Below, one piece after another: positions 1 through 6,439 of a stretch of DNA of 36,054 bases (the stretch's first letter is position 1; every line of letters begins with the position of its first letter). The position numbers and the translations under genes are program-made. Location: positions 1-36,054 of IMG/VR virus record IMGVR_UViG_3300037311_000137; one strand, 5' to 3'. The notes under the pieces were generated by a model. It was not told where the DNA came from, did no database searches, and worked only from the letters and a program-made list of their open reading frames with translations. Source of the DNA: a virus.

Positions 1-124
1 CGTGCAGGTGTCGGTGCGTTCACTTGGTACTTAAAACAGGCCATGTCTTAAAACCACGTCGAACCGTTTTCATGAATATTAAGACTTTTAACGATTGTCA
101 AAGATTATTCGTTTGAGATTACTG
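1..124. repeat. Left copy of the 124-bp exact direct terminal repeat (identical to 35931..36054)
   Basis: Compared base by base with the last 124 nt of the window; all positions identical. Confidence 0.95.
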
Positions 125-253
125 TTGTGGGGATTCTTGAACGGGTTGAATGGAAAGATTGAGGTACTCGTCTTTCAGCGCATAGACTTGAAGCACCTTT
201 GACGCCTCGTATTCAGGGATGTCAAATGTGAGTCTCCACCCGCCGTCTGCCAT
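119..253 (-). CDS. Hypothetical small protein (44 aa, MADGGWRLTFDIPEYEASKV...)
   Basis: Hand-translated ATG..TAA ORF below the track cut-off, co-oriented with the operon. No Shine-Dalgarno site seen, and the stop lies inside the terminal repeat. Confidence 0.2.
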   Translation of the reverse strand: MADGGWRLTFDIPEYEASKVLQVYALKDEYLNLSIQPVQESPQQ

Positions 254-294
254 CGTTTGAGCTTTGATGAGGATTGCTTCTGTTTGAATGGGTT

Positions 295-504
295 TCAATG
301 TTGGCCTCGTAAATATTCATTAATGCGGTCAATTTTGTTTTCGATCGAGTTTAAGCGTCTATCAAAGTGTGTTTGATCACCCTGAGCTTCAGCCTTTGTT
401 TGGAACGTTGTAAAAGCAGCGATAGCAAACATAATTCCATTGATGAAAACTCCACTTGCGAGGACGATTAGACTCCATAACTTCATTTGAGGTTTTTCCA
501 TCAT
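295..504 (-). CDS. Membrane-anchored coiled-coil protein (69 aa)
   Basis: One N-terminal hydrophobic helix (LWSLIVLASGVFINGIMFAIAAF) followed by a charged helix. ATG at 504 overlaps the upstream stop as ATGA, with GGAG 9 nt upstream. The GTG at 519 in the track is less likely. Confidence 0.6.
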   Translation of the reverse strand: MMEKPQMKLWSLIVLASGVFINGIMFAIAAFTTFQTKAEAQGDQTHFDRRLNSIENKIDRINEYLRGQH

Positions 505-740
505 TTGAATTTTCTCCACTGCTCATCAAGCCAGTCTTCGCCTCGTCTAATGACTTCGTTTTCTTTTTGCATTCGGTCTTTGGACTCTTCAATGACCTTG
601 TCTTGCTCTTCTTGTCTGATAGCTTCTTTTTCTTTTTCCTTTTTGATGTGCTCATTTTTTTTCCTTTTTTTGTCTAGGAAATATCGGAGTAACACAAGGA
701 CGATTGAGAGGACTGTTCCAATGACGGCGACGTATCCCAT
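501..740 (-). CDS. Type-II membrane protein with a Lys/Glu-rich coiled coil (79 aa); i-spanin-like topology
   Basis: N-terminal TM segment (GYVAVIGTVLSIVLVLL) followed by a KKRKKNEHIKKEKEKE charged helix. The start overlaps the upstream stop by 1 nt (TAATG). Confidence 0.6.
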   Translation of the reverse strand: MGYVAVIGTVLSIVLVLLRYFLDKKRKKNEHIKKEKEKEAIRQEEQDKVIEESKDRMQKENEVIRRGEDWLDEQWRKFK

Positions 741-1336
741 TATTCTGCAAACGCCCTTCCGCTGGTTGTGATTTTAACCGTGCGCCCGTCTTTGTAGGAC
801 GCTTCAAATGCAAAGTTTCGGTTATTCTCATCGGTGTGAAGAGGGAGGTATCCTTCATCAAATACTCTAAGCCTTACCTCACCCTCCATGAGCGTTCGTC
901 TTTCAACACCTTGGTGGTCTTTCCAGTAAATTACGACAAAGATTTGCCAAATGCCTCGGTGGCGTTTTTCATAGGTCATTGATTCGAGAAGGTCGCGCCA
1001 CTTGACGTCCATTGTGGTTTTGTTCTTTGGAAATGAAAGCGTGCGCACAAGTTGTTTGGCGGGGTCCCATATTGCGACCATGACACAAGAGTCTCGATCA
1101 CAATTGGATTTGGGACCGTAGAATGTGAGGACATCATGGTCTGCGATATCACCCTCTTCTTTGCGGCAAAGGGTAAAGCCTACTTGAGGACGCGAAAGAC
1201 ATCCTGAGCCCTTGGCTTCAATGACCGCTGTAATGTCGTTTGCGTCGGTTGCGTGAACTGAGGGGTCAACGGGAAAGTTATGCGAGCACGCAAAGATCAA
1301 GCCCGCAATTGTGAGTATGACAATTCCGTGTCGCAT
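740..1336 (-). CDS. Probable secreted lipoprotein (198 aa)
   Basis: An internal Met gives MRHGIVILTIAGLIFAC, a signal peptide plus a lipobox-like IFAC. The longer track ORF (to 1474) would overlap the upstream membrane-protein gene. Confidence 0.65.
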   Translation of the reverse strand: MRHGIVILTIAGLIFACSHNFPVDPSVHATDANDITAVIEAKGSGCLSRPQVGFTLCRKEEGDIADHDVLTFYGPKSNCDRDSCVMVAIWDPAKQLVRTLSFPKNKTTMDVKWRDLLESMTYEKRHRGIWQIFVVIYWKDHQGVERRTLMEGEVRLRVFDEGYLPLHTDENNRNFAFEASYKDGRTVKITTSGRAFAE

Positions 1337-1346
1337 AACAATTTCC

Positions 1347-1562
1347 TTATTTTTTGTTAAACGGTGAGCGTCCGAGAAGAGCTGCCCAAAGACCCCCCAA
1401 GAGAGGGATTTTTTTAATCTCTTCCAAAGCCTTGTCATCACCCTTCCAAGGGGTAAGAGCTGCAATTGCAACAAATACCGACGCCGCTAGACCTACCCAA
1501 GTTAAAACGGTTGGCACGACCTTGTGCAACCCTTCAATGAACACCAAAATAGCTTCTTCCAT
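1347..1562 (-). CDS. Small two-TM membrane protein, holin-like (71 aa)
   Basis: Two hydrophobic segments (VVPTVLTWVGLAASVFVAIAAL and IPLLGGLWAALLG) and a basic C-terminus. Strong SD AAAGGAGG 5 nt upstream of the ATG. Confidence 0.65.
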   Translation of the reverse strand: MEEAILVFIEGLHKVVPTVLTWVGLAASVFVAIAALTPWKGDDKALEEIKKIPLLGGLWAALLGRSPFNKK

Positions 1563-1636
1563 GAAAGCCTCCTTTTTGGTCAGTTTAACACTAGCCTTGA
1601 TGCGTTCACCTAAATTGTAGCAACATACGGATGAGT

Positions 1637-1652
1637 ATTAAGAAATCTTAAT
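1637..1652. promoter_or_regulatory. 16-bp palindrome ATTAAGAAATCTTAAT (operator-like)
   Basis: ATTAAGA and TCTTAAT are exact reverse complements separated by 2 nt. The site lies in the gap between two membrane-protein genes. Confidence 0.3.
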
Positions 1653-1662
1653 ATTGTGAAGC

Positions 1663-1872
1663 TTACCAGTAGATTCGAACGAGCCACACGCCACCGCACT
1701 GGTAGCCAAGGATGAGGGCTGTGAGGACCGAGATTTTAAGCAGGCCACGGAGGCGCATGAGGCGCAAAAAAGTACCCCACACATCTTTGAAGACGTAGGT
1801 AAGCTCACGTACGAGCGGCTCGTATTCGGGAGCTACTTCAAGGGTGGTGAGGTACTTAATTGCCTTTTTCAT
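1663..1872 (-). CDS. Small protein with a C-terminal hydrophobic helix (69 aa)
   Basis: Track ORF with a C-terminal LLKISVLTALILGY hydrophobic stretch. No clear SD. The start lies immediately downstream of the TnpB element. Confidence 0.5.
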   Translation of the reverse strand: MKKAIKYLTTLEVAPEYEPLVRELTYVFKDVWGTFLRLMRLRGLLKISVLTALILGYQCGGVWLVRIYW

Positions 1873-1899
1873 ACTATTAGTATCGGATATTGCACTCGA

Positions 1900-2100
1900 C
1901 TACGCAATGTGTCTTTTTTGACTCATGCCCCTTTTGACAACCTCCCTCGCTAAAGCGAGCGGATTCCCTCTACAGGCGATGCTTGTCCGCATCGGAGAAT
2001 GTTCATAGCAGCGTTTACGTCACGATCGTGTGTCGATCCGCACTCACTGCACGTCCACTCTCTTATTCCAAGCCCTGCGATACCTTTCGGCCTCGACTCA
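1900..2100 (-). ncRNA. Putative omega-RNA (reRNA) scaffold overlapping the tnpB 3' end (limits approximate)
   Basis: A hairpin at 1943..1963 (UCC(G)CUCGC-UUUA-GCGAG-GGA on the minus-strand RNA) encloses the tnpB stop codon and is followed by GGUUGUCAAAAG. This placement is typical of TnpB guide-RNA scaffolds. Confidence 0.35.
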
Positions 2101-3008
2101 GGCATAGCGCCACAAGTCGAACAGGTTTGGGTTGAATAGCTCTCGTTCACCTCGACATATCTCACGCCATTCATAACTGACTTGTACGCAAGCATTTGTC
2201 GAAACGAGGACCATCCAGAATCTAAAACTAATTTAGCCATTTTGGTTTTTACGAGTGCTGAGGAATTAACATCCCCAACGTAAATGGCATCAAATTGTTT
2301 AACAAGCTCTGTGCTTAGCTTGTGGTGAAAATCTTTTCGTGTGTTTTTAATCTTATCGTGAAGCTTAAGTACAAGGCGCTTTTTGTTTGCTCTTTGCGCT
2401 TTTGCAAGCTTTTCGGCGTACTGTTTTGTGGCCCTCGGTCCCTCAAGTTTTAAGCCGTTTGAAAGCGTCGCAAAGTCTTTAAGCCCAAGATCAATGCCAA
2501 CTTGAGTGCTCTTTGTTTGTTGAGCTTCAGCCTCAAATGTCACAACAAGGTTTAAGTACCATCGACCACGTGAGTCTTGAGAAAAGCTTGAGCCGTCTCG
2601 TATTTTTGCACCAACGGGTAATTCCCTGCTTTTAAAAACGCGAAAGGTTTTTCCAGACCAGACAAAATCATTGCCGTTTGGTTTTATGTGGCGTCCTCTT
2701 AATGGAATCCATCCGGTATTTTTGTGAGACCTCCACCTCAACCACGGACGCTTGTGTTGACTTCGAGACTGTGCGTATTGCAAGCAAACTGCGTTTATTG
2801 TTTGAGAATGTAAATCTAACAACTTTGAGCTACCAGCTGTTAGATTGGTTAAATCAAATCCACTAAGCCACCTTTGACCTCGCTTCACCGCTGTCTTTTG
2901 AGTTTCATTGCAGTAGTTAAATACAAAATTAACCTTGCGCGCCTGTGCGTTTAAAAACCCCGTGTGCGATTTTACGCGAAACTTAAAGGTTTTGGTTTGA
3001 CCGGCCAT
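1950..3008 (-). CDS. tnpB: TnpB (IS200/IS605 OrfB family RNA-guided endonuclease), 352 aa
   Basis: Motifs read directly: GIDLG (RuvC-I Asp), VNESYSTQTCSTCG...CSECG (RuvC-II Glu plus a CxxC..CxxC zinc ribbon) and HDRDVNAAMNIL (RuvC-III Asp). Confidence 0.9.
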   Translation of the reverse strand: MAGQTKTFKFRVKSHTGFLNAQARKVNFVFNYCNETQKTAVKRGQRWLSGFDLTNLTAGSSKLLDLHSQTINAVCLQYAQSRSQHKRPWLRWRSHKNTGWIPLRGRHIKPNGNDFVWSGKTFRVFKSRELPVGAKIRDGSSFSQDSRGRWYLNLVVTFEAEAQQTKSTQVGIDLGLKDFATLSNGLKLEGPRATKQYAEKLAKAQRANKKRLVLKLHDKIKNTRKDFHHKLSTELVKQFDAIYVGDVNSSALVKTKMAKLVLDSGWSSFRQMLAYKSVMNGVRYVEVNESYSTQTCSTCGAMPESRPKGIAGLGIREWTCSECGSTHDRDVNAAMNILRCGQASPVEGIRSL

Positions 3009-3146
3009 CCGACTAAATTACTATTGTTTTATATTAACGTCAAGCGTTACGATTGGGCGCGTTTAAAAGAGAAACCAATAAACCAAAACAGTTTAGTTCA
3101 GATATCTTGACTCGCCGAGTTGGGGTGTTTCGGAGATACTAGATAC

Positions 3147-3401
3147 ATGACAAACAAAATCAAGATTCGAAAGTTTGACAATCACGATGGCCGAGGCACA
3201 CCACCCACGCTTGAGCACGCAGTCCTCCGCGCCGTACGTGACCTGAACGTTCCAGGCTTGGACGTGGCTGATGCTGCTGAGATGATCCTCATGCACATCG
3301 AGGAGAGGCTTTGCCAAGACCTGGCCGTGCTCTCCATGCGGAAGGATCTAAGCAGCGACCGGGTAATTGAGCTTTATGAGAGGCTGTTTCCAAAGGATTA
3401 A
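3147..3401 (+). CDS. Hypothetical helical protein (84 aa) on the opposite strand to its neighbours
   Basis: GC3-rich codons (gac cac ggc ctc cgc gcc ctg) read as coding. Local GC is visibly higher than in the flanks. GGAG lies 11 nt upstream of the ATG. The TTG at 3120 in the track is an alternative start. Confidence 0.4.
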   Translation: MTNKIKIRKFDNHDGRGTPPTLEHAVLRAVRDLNVPGLDVADAAEMILMHIEERLCQDLAVLSMRKDLSSDRVIELYERLFPKD

Positions 3402-3799
3402 CAGGCCTTGATTTGGAGGCCAATTGCAAGCGCAATGCCACCGACCGCGATGACAAGGATGGTCCACTTGACCCATGGAGGGTCCCATTTGAAACGAGGT
3501 TTTGGTTCTAAATCGAAGTCAGGCATAATTTTTAACACGGGCATGTTCAAGTAAGATTCATCAGACACTTCCCCGACCCACTGCGGAGGCAAGCACCCTA
3601 AGTGATCCACCACCAAAGCGTTGGGGTGTCCGGGTCTTGCATAAGGTCCATGAAAGCGTTCTTTTTCAGATTTTTCAAATACTTTCGCCAACTCTTCTTC
3701 AAACTTCTTTGTAGACGCGTCCAGTTGACTGTAAAAATCATTAAGAGCCTTTAGCTCTTTTTCTTCTCTTTGTTTTTTTAGTTTAGAATAAAAGTTCAT
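3398..3799 (-). CDS. Hypothetical protein with a C-terminal TM helix (133 aa)
   Basis: Track ORF with a coiled-coil N-terminus and the C-terminal helix WTILVIAVGGIALAIGL. Confidence 0.7.
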   Translation of the reverse strand: MNFYSKLKKQREEKELKALNDFYSQLDASTKKFEEELAKVFEKSEKERFHGPYARPGHPNALVVDHLGCLPPQWVGEVSDESYLNMPVLKIMPDFDLEPKPRFKWDPPWVKWTILVIAVGGIALAIGLQIKAC

Positions 3800-3908
3800 T
3801 TTTTTTGTCCCTGGTTTTTTAACACATCAGAAAAGTGAATAACTTTGCCAACTAGAGGTTTTAAGCGACACTTTGAGCACAACTTTAATTTTTGTTGATA
3901 ATAATGCT

Positions 3909-4319
3909 CTAGCGAACTCTAACCTCCGCTTCCGTTGGGGTTTTTGTAAGCTCCGTTTTAAAGGCTTCAAACTTTTTTTGAATCTGTTTTTGTTGAAAAC
4001 GATCAAACGATTCTTTTCTTATTTCCTCAAACTCAACTTGAGCATCGTTAAATTCTTTTAAGCTTTTTGTCGCTAAAAACCTGACAATGTTTTTTTCAAC
4101 TTCATCCACAAAATGCTTAAAGGCCTCATCCACCTCTTCCGTCCACTGACCCGCTATAGCCATATCTGCAAATGCACCCACAAGGTCAATGAGCTCATCC
4201 TGACCCACGCCGTCGCCCTTATTCCACGCTAAAAACTCGCCCCACAAAAGACCTAAGCGCTGCTCCCATTTCGCTGCGCTTGCACTTAAAACATCAATAA
4301 GGCGTAGTTGCTTCAACAT
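3909..4319 (-). CDS. Hypothetical protein (136 aa), replication module
   Basis: Track ORF overlapping the helicase gene 3' end by 26 nt and co-oriented with it. Confidence 0.7.
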   Translation of the reverse strand: MLKQLRLIDVLSASAAKWEQRLGLLWGEFLAWNKGDGVGQDELIDLVGAFADMAIAGQWTEEVDEAFKHFVDEVEKNIVRFLATKSLKEFNDAQVEFEEIRKESFDRFQQKQIQKKFEAFKTELTKTPTEAEVRVR

Positions 4320-5157
4320 ATTTCACTCCGTTTAAGGCTTCAAAAAACAACTCTCGATTAACCGCGTTTCCCATACGCCGACATTTTGCAAACGTCACTG
4401 ACCTGAGCGAAGGGCTCCAAAGCTCTTTGTTTGTGATCAATTTTTCTGGAACACGATTAAACAAAAGCACGTTATGTGCCTCCTGAACGGCGGTTGATGA
4501 GCCTTTAATATCAAACTCACTCAGCACCAATCCGTTGTCGGTTTTTTTGGGGTGCATAATCATAATTACGTGCGCTGGCAATTCTTTTGCCAAAATAATC
4601 CAGTCGTGAGTAACTCTGTCCATTTCAATAATCATGTCGGAGCTTCGGCGAACCTCTAAAAAGAAGTTTAAGTTGTCGAGCACAACGAGAGAGGTGTTGT
4701 CATGTTTTACGGAGTGAACCACCTGCTCCATCATTTCCTCGTTTTTTACGCGATTCTCATAAGCCGTTAAATAAATCGGCATTTCGCTTAATTTTGTTTT
4801 TACGACAAACTCAGTAAATTTATCTTTTGGCGGAATTAATCCCGAATTAAAATTTGAGCCGCTCTCGGCGGACATGAGGCGGGCGACAAAATCGCGGCGG
4901 CCAGTTTCCACAGACGCCACAAAACAACCAACGCCTTGTGAAGCAGCAGCGAGTACAAGATTTGCAACGAAGGCGGTTTTTCCAGTTCCAGTTCCACCAC
5001 ACAAAATCGTGTACTCAAACTTCCTAAGTCCTCCAACCGTCCTCGTAAATGTTGGCCACGAGGGGATTTGTATGGACGGCTCAGGATTTAAAATGTGGTT
5101 TAAGCTTTCACTCCAAACTTCGGAAATTTTGCTGTATTTTTTTTCAAACACATTCAC
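4294..5157 (-). CDS. DnaB-like replicative helicase, RecA-fold C-terminal domain only (287 aa)
   Basis: Walker A CGGTGTGKT, an SVE motif, Walker B LVVLDNLNF and an H4-like IKGSSTAVQEAHNVLLFNR. The start overlaps the upstream stop. Confidence 0.85.
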   Translation of the reverse strand: MNVFEKKYSKISEVWSESLNHILNPEPSIQIPSWPTFTRTVGGLRKFEYTILCGGTGTGKTAFVANLVLAAASQGVGCFVASVETGRRDFVARLMSAESGSNFNSGLIPPKDKFTEFVVKTKLSEMPIYLTAYENRVKNEEMMEQVVHSVKHDNTSLVVLDNLNFFLEVRRSSDMIIEMDRVTHDWIILAKELPAHVIMIMHPKKTDNGLVLSEFDIKGSSTAVQEAHNVLLFNRVPEKLITNKELWSPSLRSVTFAKCRRMGNAVNRELFFEALNGVKYVEATTPY

Positions 5158-6134
5158 AACAACCCTCGCTCCCGCATGCGCTTTTCGATTTCAAAACGCT
5201 CGTCGGAGTTGTTGATGTATTTTAGCTCGTTTATTTTTTCAAAGTTCGTTGGATTAAAAACCCATTCGAACGTTGCCTTGAATTGCGAATTTTCCGCTTG
5301 ACCTTTCAGAAATTCCGACCACCCAATTTTAAACGAAAAAAATATCCTCCAAAAATGCCGCTGCTTGTGCTGCTCAAGCGCCTTAACCACGTTTCGTACG
5401 ATGTTTGCGTTGAGTAACACCCGATCATCAACGGGGTCAAGCCAATCTTTCGTTTCGGCGTACATTTCGGCGTATTTGTTCCACAGGCGCACGATGTCCT
5501 GCGGTGCGTGAAACTCTCCCTCGTAAAACGCCATACCCAACTCTTTTGTTCTACTCCACTCCTCATCGCTGACCGCCTGAAACCCCCCACTCGTTGACTG
5601 ACTTTTTAAATCAACCAACAACCTGTTTTTAAATTCCTGAGTATTATTATTTAAATTTGGTTTTTTAATTGTATATTGTTTTTGTATTGTATTGTTTTGT
5701 ATTGTATTGAATTGCATTGTATTGGCTTCAACCATTTGCTTCGATTCTGGTTGAACCATTTGCTTCGATTGGGTTTGCTTTTTGTTTCGCCTAGTTACAC
5801 CGCTTTTTTTCCCACCGTTTGATCCTTTGTTTCTCAAATCTGAGATTTTTTCGGAGTGTTTTTTGTTTCCGCTAATTTCAAAAATGTTTTCGTTTTGTGT
5901 TTTTAAAATAAACTCACACTCAATAAGTGCAGCAATTATCTTGTCAGGCTCGAGTCTCTGATACGGATCAAACCAAAGTGAAATTTCTTGAGCGTTTGAC
6001 TCAATGACCTCATTATCTTGAGAGTCTCTCCACAAAAAACAGAGCATTCCAATTGCTGATTCGTGGTGTATTCCTAAGATGGCCGCAAGGCGTTTTGCTT
6101 TTGCCATTCCCCTTGTTTCAACGTTTACCCTCAT
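5154..6134 (-). CDS. Putative replication initiator/organizer protein (326 aa)
   Basis: First gene of the leftward operon and translationally coupled to the helicase. SD AAGGGG lies 7 nt upstream. It contains iteron-like DNA repeats. The function is inferred from position only. Confidence 0.7.
   Translation of the reverse strand: MRVNVETRGMAKAKRLAAILGIHHESAIGMLCFLWRDSQDNEVIESNAQEISLWFDPYQRLEPDKIIAALIECEFILKTQNENIFEISGNKKHSEKISDLRNKGSNGGKKSGVTRRNKKQTQSKQMVQPESKQMVEANTMQFNTIQNNTIQKQYTIKKPNLNNNTQEFKNRLLVDLKSQSTSGGFQAVSDEEWSRTKELGMAFYEGEFHAPQDIVRLWNKYAEMYAETKDWLDPVDDRVLLNANIVRNVVKALEQHKQRHFWRIFFSFKIGWSEFLKGQAENSQFKATFEWVFNPTNFEKINELKYINNSDERFEIEKRMRERGLL
5684..5728. repeat. Three 15-bp tandem units containing the 11-mer GTATTGTATTG (iteron-like)
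   Basis: 11-mers at 5684, 5699 and 5714 (the third has one mismatch), next to an AT-rich tract at 5630-5683. Confidence 0.8.
5730..5770. repeat. Two copies of AACCATTTGCTTCGATT spaced 24 bp apart
   Basis: Exact 17-mers at 5730-5746 and 5754-5770. Confidence 0.85.
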
Positions 6135-6148
6135 TAGATGTCCCCTTC

Positions 6149-6183
6149 GGTTTCAATTGTTGTGCGAAATTTCAATTGAAACC
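6149..6183. promoter_or_regulatory. Perfect 11-bp inverted repeat GGTTTCAATTG-N13-CAATTGAAACC (operator-like)
   Basis: The arms at 6149-6159 and 6173-6183 are exact reverse complements. The site lies 15 bp upstream of the initiator-gene start, in the divergent region. Confidence 0.45.
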
Positions 6184-6238
6184 TTGGGTCAAAGTGGGTA
6201 CTTAGATTCCAAGGTCTCGTTTCGCAAAAAAAGACTTA

Positions 6239-6285
6239 CCCCACGGCTTGATGGTTTTCAAATCATATAAGTTGTGGGGTTTTTT
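6239..6285 (+). terminator. Intrinsic-terminator-like hairpin H1 plus a T6 run
   Basis: CCCCACGGCTTG pairs with TAAGTTGTGGGG (12 bp, including 3 G-U pairs that only work in the plus-strand RNA). TTTTTT follows, and A7-GACTTA precedes. Confidence 0.55.
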
Positions 6286-6286
6286 G

Positions 6287-6300
6287 TTTAAGCGCTTAAA
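6287..6300. promoter_or_regulatory. 14-bp perfect palindrome TTTAAGCGCTTAAA
   Basis: Self-complementary over all 14 nt, located between the two hairpin modules. Confidence 0.3.
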
Positions 6301-6377
6301 AAAGCTTGAAAAAATTAATGAAAATCAGTAGTCTCACGCTCGCTGTTCAAGCCTTTTATACGTAAAAAAAGACTTAT

Positions 6378-6423
6378 CCCACAGGCCAGAGGCTTTCAAC
6401 ATCCAAAGCCTGTGGGGGTTTTT
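6378..6423 (+). terminator. Intrinsic-terminator-like hairpin H2 plus a T5 run
   Basis: CCCACAGGC pairs with GCCTGTGGG (9 bp perfect). GGTTTTT follows, and the same A7-GACTTA leader as in H1 precedes. It ends 17 nt before the ATG at 6440. Confidence 0.55.
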
Positions 6424-6439
6424 GTGGTAACGCTTACCC

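Larger units (their letters stand above)
1873..3100 (-). mobile_element. TnpB-only IS200/IS605-family (IS1341-like) element; ends not mapped
   Basis: Contains tnpB plus 3' structured sequence. No TnpA is present. The boundaries are only bracketed by the flanking genes. Confidence 0.5.

Noticed and set aside
389-771. Overlapping ORFs 389..655(-), 456..677(+) and 487..771(+) in the Lys/Glu-rich region
   Set aside because: They are frame shadows of the AAG/GAA-rich coding sequence of 501..740. Their products are poly-Lys, or Phe/Ser-rich, low-complexity strings.
3093-3317. 74-aa minus-strand ORF overlapping the plus-strand 84-aa ORF
   Set aside because: It is shorter, Cys/Val/Ser-rich with no plausible start context, and antisense to a frame with a clear GC3 coding signature. 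It remains only the less likely alternative.
3120-3401. Could the ORF beside TnpB be the missing TnpA (Y1/HUH transposase)?
   Set aside because: At 84-93 aa it is too short, and it shows no HUH motif or catalytic Tyr context. Its sequence reads as a generic helical protein.
5306-5590. 94-aa minus-strand ORF inside the initiator-like gene
   Set aside because: It is an alternative frame fully nested in the 326-aa ORF, which has the SD site, the coupling to the helicase and a protein-like sequence.
6176-6334. Sigma-70-type promoters TTGAAA-N17-TACTTA (6176) and TTGAAA-N17-TAGTCT (6306)
   Set aside because: The -35 boxes and spacing are good, but the -10 hexamers match TATAAT at only 2-3 positions. 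They are mentioned in a finding as tentative and not annotated as features.
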